This document shows positions 30,022 to 39,391 of a stretch of DNA of 64,000 nucleotides, one piece after another. The stretch comes from a virus. The notes under the pieces were generated by a model, which worked only from the letters and a program-made list of their open reading frames with translations, made no database searches and was not told where the DNA came from. Each line of letters begins with the position of its first letter. Positions within the stretch are counted from its first letter, which is position 1. The stretch is from the IMG/VR virus record IMGVR_UViG_3300002053_001113, positions 1 through 64,000 of that record; one strand, written 5' to 3'. Made by a program: the position numbers and the translations under genes.

Positions 30022-33000
30022 ATGAGAATTATACTATTGTTTCTACCTTTATTTATGTTAATTATATTGCCTTTTGTTTTGGCTAATCCAGCACCTCAAG
30101 CTGAGATTACAACTGATACAACATTAATAGGAGATGCAAATGTAACACAATGGAATATAACAGGAGCAGTGCTTGATTGCCAAGGAGCAACTCTAACAAG
30201 AGAAAGTGGAACTGATTACATTATTCATTTAAATAATGGTGCAGTTGTGAAGAATTGCATCATAGATGACTCAGCTAGTTATCAGACAGTAACGATTGAC
30301 CAAAGCAATGTTGTGTTTGATAATAACACAGTTATTATGAATTATGATGGTCATCCTTTCTGGATTGGTGCGGTTAGCAATGTAAATATAACAAATAACC
30401 ATCTTGTTCAGTTATACGCTGATACTGGTTTTATTGGCAGCTCAGGGTCAAATAATATTAGGATAATTGGCAACAGATTAGACGGAGATGGTTCCAATCC
30501 AATAGGTATTTGGGGTGCTTCATATGATTATTTTATTGAGGATAATTATATTAATGGTAGCAGAGGAATAATTTTTGAGGAAGGGTCTCATGATATCACT
30601 ATTAGGAATAATACATTTGTGAATTATGAATCTGGTAGGGCAATCACTTTTGATGAAAATCAGAATATTCATGATGTCTTGATTGAAGACCATTATGTAT
30701 CAGGAACAGGTCAATTTATTTATGCTACAAATGCAAGTAACATAATGATAAGAGATAATATCTGGCAGGATGCCAATCCAAACAATTTTATTATGAGATT
30801 TGGTGATGGTAATAACCTTACTGTGTATAACAATACATTTAATAATTTAACCTTTGTAAATCCAGGAACTGATGTACGTATTATTGAATTTGATGGTGGT
30901 AATTTTAATAATGTTTTAGTTCAAGATAATTATATTAATAATATTGTGGTTAAAGATTATGATACTATACTTTCAACAACTGGGAATATGGTTAATTTTA
31001 CAATTGATGGTAACTATATTAATAATATTTGGTGGCCAGTGTGGAGTGATGATACAATACACGTTCTTGAAATAACATCACAGAATAATAATACTTATAT
31101 AACAAATAATCATATATCAAATGTTACAAATAATAATGCTAGCAATGGTGGCTTAATTCATATGAGAAATGATAATTTTAATATTGTGATAGATAACAAT
31201 ACATTTGCTGATTGTGTTTGGTATTCTGATGATAATTTTATTTGGTATGATGTACTTAACTTGGAGGGGGTTGGTATTAATGTAACTAATAATATATTTG
31301 AGGATTTTTATATGTATGGTAGTGATAATTATAATAACATAATTAATATCCACAATGCTTACAATATGTTAATTGATGGAAACACCTTTCAACGTTTATA
31401 TGCACCTGAGGGAATACTTAATATTGGAACTGCAGATAATATAATTGTATCTAATAATATTTTTACACAGTTTGGTGACCAGGGAGGTAGTATGTTTGGA
31501 ACTGGTAGTTCTTCAACTTATTTATTATTTAAAGATAACAATTGGTCTTATACTAATAATAGTGCTATGTTTTGTGGTAATTACATACTTAATATGACTG
31601 GAAACAGATTTAATAATCTTTTTATAGAGCAAGATATTAATATATTTTGTTTGCAACCAAATGATACCATAACTTATAATGTTTTTAATGATATAACATA
31701 TACAAGTGGGCAATTTTTTAATTTAGCAAGTGGTAGTAATTATTGGATTAATTATAATAATTTTAGCAATATTGATTTTATTAATGGATATCAGTTACTT
31801 TGGGACCAAGCAGATACTACTGATGTAGAATTTGTAGGAAATAGATTAATTAATATAACAGGAACATCAGGAGTTATACACCCTAATGGTGATAATTATT
31901 TAATTGAGGATAATTTATTTCAAAATTTTGATGGTTGGGCATTATTTTTTGATAAAGGAGATAATTATATAGTAAGAGAAAATAGATTTATTGATACAGG
32001 AACAATTGCAATGAATTCTAATAGTGGTGATTATCTAGAAAATTATTTGTTTGAAGATAATTTATTTCAAGATATAATCAATGATACATATATGGGAGGA
32101 GCACTTTTTTTCCATAATATAACTTGGAATAAAAATAATTTTAGCATAACCCGTAATTGTCTTGATATTTCTGGGGCATCACATTATTGTTTTTGGAATG
32201 GTGTGAGAGGGTTTAATAGTTTTACAAATAATAATTTTTTAACTAATGGTTTTAATATGAGTTGGTCTTTTCCAGCATCAGTAATATTATTTGATACAGA
32301 CCTTTTTGAAGAAGTATTGGTAGAAAACAATACAGGACCTTTTAGTATAGTTCCAAGGTTAAGATATGGTAGTGATATGAATTTGACAGTTAGAAATAAT
32401 AATATTGTTTATAATTATTTTCCAGAACATTCTTATTATGAGTATAATGCACAGGAGGCGTTTATCTATTTATATGAATATAGTGGGGAGACTGATACAG
32501 TTTATAATGTACTTTATGAAGGAAACACGTTTACTTCAAATGGTGATAGTACTATGATTTACCCAAGATTAATATCTCCTGATGATAATGTTTTAATAAA
32601 TGGAAATACATTTAATGGCGATATTGTGTATATATTTAGGACAGCAAACCAAGAGAATTATATTACTTATAGTGGAAATACATTAAATAATGTAAATGTT
32701 AATATGATACCATTCTTTGATTTTAATATATCATCATCACATGATTTTTTTAGTAAGGCAGATAGAATTGATTTAGATGCTAGACACATTTGGGGTGGTA
32801 ATATAGCAGGAATAACAGGAGATATGAATGATTTACAGATTGGCAATGTGGTACTGTTACCAGCTAATACCAATGTAAATTTGTTAAATTTAGTTTTAGA
32901 GGCTCCAATACTTAATAATGGTACAAATAATAGTTTTAATGTAGAAGGAATGACTTATGTAAATATAACCAATTATGTAGAAGAAGATGAAAATCAAACT

Positions 33001-33588
33001 CCGGAATTTACTGGAAATACAACCAATTTGGCTGTTAATGTTAATATACAAAATGTCTCATTAGTTTTAGATAATAACCAAGGCACTATTGAATGGGAGC
33101 AACCTGTAAATTTAACTGTTAATGGAAATATTGATGCTATAGTTGAAATAGGTACCAATACTATTGAGGTTAAAACAAATCTTAATCCAAGTATGAATAA
33201 ACCAGCAAGATTGACATTTAAAGATTTAACCTATACAAATGTTGACCAATTTGATGTATATAAAAATGGTGTAATTTGTACATCAAGCGAATGTTATGAT
33301 GAGGAATTTGTTGGTAACTATTATAGGTTGAGAGTTAGTAGTTTTAGTAATTTTACCTTACGTAATAGTTTTGATATGAATACTTATTTAGGAGTAAGAG
33401 ATGATTTGTTTGTGATATTAGGGGCGTTTGCTTTCTTGGTAGTTATGATTGGTGCTGCTATTGTATTAATGATACTTACTGGAAGCTTTGATACCACAAG
33501 CACATTAAGTATTATATTAGTTGCAGCATTAGGTTTTGCACTTTTAATGGCTGTATTAATGGCTATATTAACTAACTTTGTGGTATGA
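30022..33588 (+). CDS. Right-handed parallel beta-helix (pectin lyase/NosD-like) surface protein, membrane anchored
   Basis: Signal peptide, many NxxIxxNxF repeats, C-terminal domain plus 2 TM shared with the next gene. Confidence 0.85.
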   Translation: MRIILLFLPLFMLIILPFVLANPAPQAEITTDTTLIGDANVTQWNITGAVLDCQGATLTRESGTDYIIHLNNGAVVKNCIIDDSASYQTVTIDQSNVVFDNNTVIMNYDGHPFWIGAVSNVNITNNHLVQLYADTGFIGSSGSNNIRIIGNRLDGDGSNPIGIWGASYDYFIEDNYINGSRGIIFEEGSHDITIRNNTFVNYESGRAITFDENQNIHDVLIEDHYVSGTGQFIYATNASNIMIRDNIWQDANPNNFIMRFGDGNNLTVYNNTFNNLTFVNPGTDVRIIEFDGGNFNNVLVQDNYINNIVVKDYDTILSTTGNMVNFTIDGNYINNIWWPVWSDDTIHVLEITSQNNNTYITNNHISNVTNNNASNGGLIHMRNDNFNIVIDNNTFADCVWYSDDNFIWYDVLNLEGVGINVTNNIFEDFYMYGSDNYNNIINIHNAYNMLIDGNTFQRLYAPEGILNIGTADNIIVSNNIFTQFGDQGGSMFGTGSSSTYLLFKDNNWSYTNNSAMFCGNYILNMTGNRFNNLFIEQDINIFCLQPNDTITYNVFNDITYTSGQFFNLASGSNYWINYNNFSNIDFINGYQLLWDQADTTDVEFVGNRLINITGTSGVIHPNGDNYLIEDNLFQNFDGWALFFDKGDNYIVRENRFIDTGTIAMNSNSGDYLENYLFEDNLFQDIINDTYMGGALFFHNITWNKNNFSITRNCLDISGASHYCFWNGVRGFNSFTNNNFLTNGFNMSWSFPASVILFDTDLFEEVLVENNTGPFSIVPRLRYGSDMNLTVRNNNIVYNYFPEHSYYEYNAQEAFIYLYEYSGETDTVYNVLYEGNTFTSNGDSTMIYPRLISPDDNVLINGNTFNGDIVYIFRTANQENYITYSGNTLNNVNVNMIPFFDFNISSSHDFFSKADRIDLDARHIWGGNIAGITGDMNDLQIGNVVLLPANTNVNLLNLVLEAPILNNGTNNSFNVEGMTYVNITNYVEEDENQTPEFTGNTTNLAVNVNIQNVSLVLDNNQGTIEWEQPVNLTVNGNIDAIVEIGTNTIEVKTNLNPSMNKPARLTFKDLTYTNVDQFDVYKNGVICTSSECYDEEFVGNYYRLRVSSFSNFTLRNSFDMNTYLGVRDDLFVILGAFAFLVVMIGAAIVLMILTGSFDTTSTLSIILVAALGFALLMAVLMAILTNFVV

Positions 33589-33589
33589 T

Positions 33590-33609
33590 AAATATATATA
33601 TATAAAGGA
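33590..33609 (+). promoter_or_regulatory. Putative late promoter
   Basis: AAATATATATATATAAAGGA. Confidence 0.7.
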
Positions 33610-33651
33610 AAAGACAAATTAATCTATTAAAGTAGTGGGTAGAGCGTTAAG

Positions 33652-35523
33652 ATGAGAGTGAAGACATTAATATTACCTTTATTTATACTATTTCTAGTAC
33701 CCTTTGTTTTTGCTGCAGTACCAGTAATAGACACTGCTTTAATTAACATTACAGCACCATCTCCAGTTGATGATTTGCCTGGTTATTGTAAGGCAAATGA
33801 TAGTGATGGAGGAACACTTACGTATTATTATAGATGGTATAGTAATGGTGTTTTAAGATATGAGTGGGTTGAGGAGAGCAGTGCTGTCCAGGGAGCACAC
33901 AACGATGGTGTAGATAGAAAGTGGCCACATCTAATATATAACTTAACAGGAGATGATAGTTGGATTATGATTAGTGGCGCTAATAAAGATGAGGCAGAGG
34001 AGTTTTATGGATATAGATGGAATGGTACAGAATGGGTAGCAAACAGTAGTGTAGTTGCTGGTTTAAATACTGTATTATCAGGGAATCAAGATGCGTATAT
34101 AGCAGGTGGCTATAATGTAAGTGGAGATGGAAAATATGATGTGTGCATTACGGATTATAGTCTAAACAATAATAATATGCAATGGAATGGTACAGAATGG
34201 GTAGCGGGTGGAACAACTTGTATGTCTTCAATTGGTACAGGACCATACCCAAACGTTATGGAAAATTTATTTAATAATGGTGACTGGTATGGTTTTACTC
34301 ATACTTGTTGTAGTGGAGGCACAAACGGATGGACAAGGTCGCCAGGAGATGTAGGTTGGACAAGTGACAACACAGTATTTTCAACAATAATTGCAAGTGG
34401 CCACCACACTATATATGGTGCTTATATAAATAATGTTCCAACTGTTGTGTTTTTACACTCATCTTGGCACACAAACAGATTTTATGAATGGAATGGAACT
34501 GCTTTTGAATATAAACCACTTATGGACCTTTATACAGGACATTACTCCAAGTTTGGAGGACAATTTGTTTATGATTTTAATAATGAGGGAAAGTGGAGGA
34601 TTTTTGAAGGACACTACAATAGCGCGCAATTTAGGTCTTATTTGTTTAATGATTTATTTAATGTGGCAAGTGTACCAGAAAGCACATTATATAATGTTGA
34701 AAACATATCCTCTGATAGGACTTCCAATAGTGAAAATTGGACGTTATCGTGTATGGCAAGTGATGGCACAAGCAATAGTAGTTGGCTAAACGATACTGTT
34801 GTGATTGAGGTTTGTCCTGAGACTGTAAGTAATATAACAGAAAACACAAATTTATATGGTGAGGGTTGTGTTGTACAGACTGTGAACGTACAGGAGAATG
34901 GAAGAATTGATTGTGCAGGTGGAGGATTAACTGGCAGTGGAGGATTTACTTTAGCATTAACTGGTGAGAATTCTGCCTTAACTAATTGTACTTTACAGAA
35001 CGTGAATTTGGTGGTAGATGTGCCAAGTGGAGGCATAGTGTTTCCAACTTTAAATGCAACAATAACCGATACAACTAATAATATCGTTATACAGCCAAGG
35101 TCAATTTATGTTGATAGTACAGCATTACCAGATTTAGATGTACCAGCAAGTTTAACATTTAGGAATACTGGTTATACAACCTTGGAGCAATTTGATGTTT
35201 ACAAAGATGGTGTTGAGTGTACAGATTGCGTTGAGGGTGACATAGTAAATGGAACATTTAATATGAATGTAACAGGGTTTAGTAATTTTACATTAAGAGA
35301 TGGAATTGATTATGCTACATATAAGACAGTAAGAGATGATGCTATATACATACTTGGAGTATTTGCTTTAGTTGTTGTTTTATTAGCTGCCACCTTTGTT
35401 GTTATGTTTGTTTTTGGCAAGATGGAGATTGATGTTTTACTACCTATTATACTTGCCTTAGCAGCAGGAGCTGCTGTATTGATGGCTGTGTTTTATGTGA
35501 TTGCGCAGGCTATGATAGTTTAA
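33652..35523 (+). CDS. Membrane-anchored surface protein (Ig-like plus propeller-like WNGTEW repeats)
   Basis: Signal peptide; DSDGGTLTYYYRW Ig-like motif; WNGTEW repeats; C-terminal module homologous to 30022-33588. Confidence 0.82.
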   Translation: MRVKTLILPLFILFLVPFVFAAVPVIDTALINITAPSPVDDLPGYCKANDSDGGTLTYYYRWYSNGVLRYEWVEESSAVQGAHNDGVDRKWPHLIYNLTGDDSWIMISGANKDEAEEFYGYRWNGTEWVANSSVVAGLNTVLSGNQDAYIAGGYNVSGDGKYDVCITDYSLNNNNMQWNGTEWVAGGTTCMSSIGTGPYPNVMENLFNNGDWYGFTHTCCSGGTNGWTRSPGDVGWTSDNTVFSTIIASGHHTIYGAYINNVPTVVFLHSSWHTNRFYEWNGTAFEYKPLMDLYTGHYSKFGGQFVYDFNNEGKWRIFEGHYNSAQFRSYLFNDLFNVASVPESTLYNVENISSDRTSNSENWTLSCMASDGTSNSSWLNDTVVIEVCPETVSNITENTNLYGEGCVVQTVNVQENGRIDCAGGGLTGSGGFTLALTGENSALTNCTLQNVNLVVDVPSGGIVFPTLNATITDTTNNIVIQPRSIYVDSTALPDLDVPASLTFRNTGYTTLEQFDVYKDGVECTDCVEGDIVNGTFNMNVTGFSNFTLRDGIDYATYKTVRDDAIYILGVFALVVVLLAATFVVMFVFGKMEIDVLLPIILALAAGAAVLMAVFYVIAQAMIV

Positions 35524-35525
35524 AT

Positions 35526-35545
35526 AAAAATATATATATAAAGGA
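35526..35545 (+). promoter_or_regulatory. Putative late promoter
   Basis: AAAAATATATATATAAAGGA. Confidence 0.7.
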
Positions 35546-35720
35546 AAACGTATAAATTTAAGTAAAGAGAACGTAAAAATGAAGTTTAACCTGACATACA
35601 ATAATATAAAATTTATGTCAGTTGTGGCTAAAGATGAGAATGCTGCTTGGGAACAAGTTAAAAAAGCAGGAATTAGAAATAAAAGTAATATGTTAAAATT
35701 AATTAAAGTTGAGGTGTGAA

Positions 35721-35978
35721 ATGGCCAAAAAGAATACAGATTTAATGAAAGAGGCTAAAGATGTAATGAAAGTTGGTGCTACTACAATGGTAGGACACGG
35801 AGTTCTTGCTGGACTGAGTAATGTACCAGGTATGCCTGCACAAGCTGGGCAGACTGCCAAAATTGCAGGCAGTGGATTAACATTAGTTAATGTTGGACAA
35901 TTAGCTAAAAGTGGAATGACAGTAGTTAAGATGTTTGATACTGGAAAAAGTAAAAAACTTAAAAAGAGTTGGTGGTAA
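35721..35978 (+). CDS. Small Gly/Ala-rich basic protein
   Basis: GAGGTG RBS then ATG at 35721. Confidence 0.7.
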   Translation: MAKKNTDLMKEAKDVMKVGATTMVGHGVLAGLSNVPGMPAQAGQTAKIAGSGLTLVNVGQLAKSGMTVVKMFDTGKSKKLKKSWW

Positions 35979-35980
35979 GA

Positions 35981-36193
35981 ATGGGTGTTGTGGAGAATAT
36001 ATTAGGTAAGAGACCAGAGTGGGCAGCTTCTGTGGCTTATGTTGATAAACTTGCTAAGAAAGTACAAAAAAGATATAAAGTTAGCAAAGAAGATGCAAGA
36101 GATATACTTGATGAAGCAAGTGCTTATAATATTAATGACGAGGCAGACTTATTTTATGTTATTGAGGCAGAGATATTACCAAATTGGAGGTAA
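35981..36193 (+). CDS. Hypothetical protein
   Basis: ORF track; start moved to MGVVENILGK. Confidence 0.65.
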   Translation: MGVVENILGKRPEWAASVAYVDKLAKKVQKRYKVSKEDARDILDEASAYNINDEADLFYVIEAEILPNWR

Positions 36194-36199
36194 AACAAA

Positions 36200-36334
36200 A
36201 TGGCTAAGAAAAAATATGAGATGCCAACTGGTGTTGGGGCTGACCCATATGATGTTGCTGAAGAAACTAAGAAGCCAGTTCAAAAGGCAACACCTGCAGG
36301 TATAGTAAACAAGATTTTAAAGAAAAAGTATTAG
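36200..36334 (+). CDS. Small basic protein (44 aa)
   Basis: Manual translation MAKKKYEMPTG...IVNKILKKKY; GGAGGT RBS. Confidence 0.6.
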   Translation: MAKKKYEMPTGVGADPYDVAEETKKPVQKATPAGIVNKILKKKY

Positions 36335-36364
36335 AAATAATACGCTGGATAAGGAGGTAGAAAA

Positions 36365-36856
36365 ATGTTTGATATTGATAAAAGTATCAATAGAATAATT
36401 GGAACAAAGAAAAAATTTAAAGATAGTGATTTTGATGGTGTTCCTGACAGTAGAGACTGCCAACCATTTAATCCTTTAAGACAAGATAAAGTAGATATAT
36501 ATTATTATAAAAAAGGATTAGACCCTAGAACAAGTACATTTTGGGATAGTATATATAGAGAAGTACATTATGGAAATAAACCATCATTAGCAGTTACTAG
36601 AAACGAGTTTAATACCTATTGGGGATATGTTGATAGTAGAAATGTCGATACAACAACAAGGTCCACACAAGGTGTTTTAGAGTCTATTTTTGGTATGTAT
36701 AATGTTAGTAATCCATTAGCTACTCCTGCTGGTCAACAGAAAATAAGAAGTGTGGGTGTTGGTCATACAAGTATGAGTATTGGTGACGTAATTAAGTTAG
36801 GAGGAATATATTATATTGTTGCAAGTGAAGGATTTAAAAGATTATATGTGAGGTAA
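36365..36856 (+). CDS. YodL-like domain protein with N-terminal DxDxDG motif
   Basis: HTSMSIGDVIKL...YYIVASEGFKRL matches the YodL-like pattern; DSDFDGVPDSRDC. Confidence 0.65.
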   Translation: MFDIDKSINRIIGTKKKFKDSDFDGVPDSRDCQPFNPLRQDKVDIYYYKKGLDPRTSTFWDSIYREVHYGNKPSLAVTRNEFNTYWGYVDSRNVDTTTRSTQGVLESIFGMYNVSNPLATPAGQQKIRSVGVGHTSMSIGDVIKLGGIYYIVASEGFKRLYVR

Positions 36857-36861
36857 AGAAA

Positions 36862-37038
36862 ATGGACCCAGTAAAAAAGATTTTAGGAAAAGAACCAAAA
36901 CATTATCCAAAGCCAAAATATCCTTATTGTAATAAAGGACATCTTTTGGTTGAGGTATATAATGAAAAATATAATAGATATGATTGGGACTGTCCAACTT
37001 GTATTGAAGCAATGAGAAGAGCCCGTGAGGGGAGGTAA
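36862..37038 (+). CDS. Small Zn-binding protein (58 aa)
   Basis: Manual translation MDPVKKILGK...CNKGH...CPTC; GAGGT RBS. Confidence 0.6.
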   Translation: MDPVKKILGKEPKHYPKPKYPYCNKGHLLVEVYNEKYNRYDWDCPTCIEAMRRAREGR

Positions 37039-37043
37039 AGAAA

Positions 37044-37199
37044 ATGGAATTTTATGCAATGGCATTAAAGAAAAAAATTAATATACCAGATGTGAATGTA
37101 AGGAAAGTAGTGAGAAATGGAAGAGCCTTTTTAGTTGGAAAATATAAAGTTGGTAGCAAAGAATACGAGGCTTGGAGAGCACTTGGAAAGGTGAAATAA
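37044..37199 (+). CDS. Small basic protein resembling archaeal chromatin protein CC1/DUF5679
   Basis: Manual translation MEFYAMALKKKINIPDVNVRKVVRNGRAFLVGKYKVGSKEYEAWRALGKVK; GGAGGT RBS. Confidence 0.55.
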   Translation: MEFYAMALKKKINIPDVNVRKVVRNGRAFLVGKYKVGSKEYEAWRALGKVK

Positions 37200-37201
37200 A
37201 A

Positions 37202-37366
37202 ATGGCCTTTGATGAGCAGTTTGAAAAGGTTGGTGGCGGTCCAACTGGAAAAAGCTGGTGGAAGGAACAACGTAAAAGATTAGAACAGGAAAAAGAAAGA
37301 AGAAAAAAATCTGTTTTACGCAATCTACCAGAGGATACAATAAGGCGAATATTAGAAGAAGAATAG
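37202..37366 (+). CDS. Small charged protein
   Basis: GGTGA RBS, ATG at 37202. Confidence 0.6.
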   Translation: MAFDEQFEKVGGGPTGKSWWKEQRKRLEQEKERRKKSVLRNLPEDTIRRILEEE

Positions 37367-37757
37367 TCACATTAGTGTGAATAAAAGGTGAGGTGCTGAT
37401 AGGATGGCAAAAGGCAGAAAGAAAAAGAAGTAAATATGTTACTAAGGAGTTACTGATAAAATTGTTTTTTTAATTTTAAATTTTAAAATTTGAGGAGTAA
37501 CACATGGCGAAGGATGTTGATGATATAATTAAGGAGGAAATAAAAGAAGGTGTTGACTTCTTTTTTAGATGGAAGAAGGCAATAACAGCACACTTGAAGA
37601 AAAAATGAGATTTGGAAGAAAAACATTAGAAGAAATAAAAGAAGAGGATGAGATAATAAGAGCAAGTGATTTGGATTTAAAATTGAAAACACCGCAGTTT
37701 TGGAAACGTGATGATATGGGTGAGATATAATGGCAAGAATAAAACGGAGGTAGTAAA

Positions 37758-37928
37758 ATGTATTATCAAAGAGTTTCAAACAAAGATTTTGAACAAAACA
37801 TTAAAGGGAAGCTACCGTTTGGTGGGTGGGTTTTAATAAATGAGCCAACTATAAGACATCTGGGAGTTAAACCAGGTGATGTGATTGTTAATAAATACAG
37901 AACAATATATTTTAGGGTAAAAGGATAA
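37758..37928 (+). CDS. Hypothetical protein (56 aa)
   Basis: Manual translation; CGGAGGT RBS. Confidence 0.55.
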   Translation: MYYQRVSNKDFEQNIKGKLPFGGWVLINEPTIRHLGVKPGDVIVNKYRTIYFRVKG

Positions 37929-37929
37929 A

Positions 37930-38136
37930 ATGGCAACAATTAAAGATATGAAACCTTGGATGACACCAACCAAATTTGAACGAGAAAGGTTTAAATTAGT
38001 AAAAAAAGATGGAGAATTTTTTATTGGTTATAATGGTGATTTACTTATGTCTCTTCACACTACTGACAAAAAAGAGGCTGAAGAGATGTTTGGATTAAGA
38101 GTTGATAAAGTTATAGAAAATATTAATAGAGGGTGA
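37930..38136 (+). CDS. Hypothetical protein
   Basis: ORF track. Confidence 0.6.
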   Translation: MATIKDMKPWMTPTKFERERFKLVKKDGEFFIGYNGDLLMSLHTTDKKEAEEMFGLRVDKVIENINRG

Positions 38137-38141
38137 TATAA

Positions 38142-38363
38142 ATGCCAGCAAATCTAAGATTTTACAATAGAGACCCAAACGGGTTAGGTAGAGGACGTGG
38201 AGTCTATTATCATAGAGGACATGGATATTGGAGTAAGTATGATGTAGGTAGAGATGCTAAGATACAGGCGAGAGGATATAGAACACACAAGACAGGATTG
38301 AGTAAAACAACTGGTAAGGCAAGTAAGATAGCACAAGCAGGAGATGGCAAACTACCACGTTAA
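38142..38363 (+). CDS. Very basic Gly/Arg-rich small protein, possible nucleoprotein
   Basis: GLGRGRGVYYHRGHG; GGTGA RBS. Confidence 0.65.
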   Translation: MPANLRFYNRDPNGLGRGRGVYYHRGHGYWSKYDVGRDAKIQARGYRTHKTGLSKTTGKASKIAQAGDGKLPR

Positions 38364-38481
38364 ATCAAAACATTTAAATATCTTTTTCTTTAGTTAAAAG
38401 AATGTATAAATCACAACATTTATATAGTGGAATATATTATTTAATATAAGGCTTTAAATAAAATAGAGGGGGTGATTTATT

Positions 38482-38706
38482 TTGAAAAGAGGCACCTCTA
38501 TAAGGGGTAGAAAACGTGCCAAACGTTCTAAGCCTCCAAAATCACGTAGATATTGTTTGGCTTGTCAAAAGAGGACAAGTTTTAGATATGATAAAATTGT
38601 AGGTCATAGTAGATGTTGTGAATGTGGAGGAGCATTATCAAAACGTTTTACTCCAAAGGAGGTGGAAAAGTTTGTCAAAAGCAAACAGAAAAAAAAGAAC
38701 TTGTAA
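38482..38706 (+). CDS. Basic Zn-ribbon protein
   Basis: CLAC...CCECGG; BRE/TATA at 38409-38427. Confidence 0.6.
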   Translation: MKRGTSIRGRKRAKRSKPPKSRRYCLACQKRTSFRYDKIVGHSRCCECGGALSKRFTPKEVEKFVKSKQKKKNL

Positions 38707-38983
38707 AATATGTGGAGCACCAAGTTATGGTTTTAGATGTTTCAGTTGCCACGTGAGACGAGCAGGGTCACGTGTCAGCCAAATGCTACAAAGCAGAAAG
38801 CAGTTGAAAAGAAGAATGGGTATAGAAGATGTTTGGGATTACCAAATACATGACAAAAGTGAAAGTGACTATATGCCACGACAAAGAGATTAATGAGGAT
38901 ACAATAGTGAAAGCTTTGGAGGACAACTTGGAGTTTAAACTATTAATGGTTGAAGGAATTAGGACAAAGGTGACAGAAAAACA

Positions 38984-39142
38984 ATGAGGCCTCCTTATTG
39001 GTGTCCAAATGGGTGTGGTAAATGTGTGAGTTTGGTATTGGATAGTAATGTTCCAAAAGAGATAAGAGCTTATAGATGTAAAAGATGTGGTGAGTATTTT
39101 ACATTAAGGAGGTTAAAAAGATATCATAACTATGGAGGGTAA
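38984..39142 (+). CDS. Small Zn-ribbon protein
   Basis: Manual translation MRPPYWCPNGCGKC...YRCKRCG. Confidence 0.55.
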   Translation: MRPPYWCPNGCGKCVSLVLDSNVPKEIRAYRCKRCGEYFTLRRLKRYHNYGG

Positions 39143-39145
39143 AAA

Positions 39146-39391
39146 ATGGACGAGGATGAAACAACCTTAAGAATGAATTTAGTTGAGATGGTTAATGACC
39201 TAAAAGGAAAAAGAATATTAAAAGAAACACTGGTTGGGTTTTTACATCATTATGGTTTGGTGGAATACATACCTGAGGAAGATAAAAAACCAATAGGAAT
39301 TAAATTTAACAACCAATATTATGCCAGGAGTGAACAAGGTGAGTATGTTAAGGTTAATTATATATTAGGTTTGGAGGAGGGTGAAAAATGA
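39146..39391 (+). CDS. Hypothetical protein
   Basis: ORF track; GGAGG RBS. Confidence 0.65.
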   Translation: MDEDETTLRMNLVEMVNDLKGKRILKETLVGFLHHYGLVEYIPEEDKKPIGIKFNNQYYARSEQGEYVKVNYILGLEEGEK

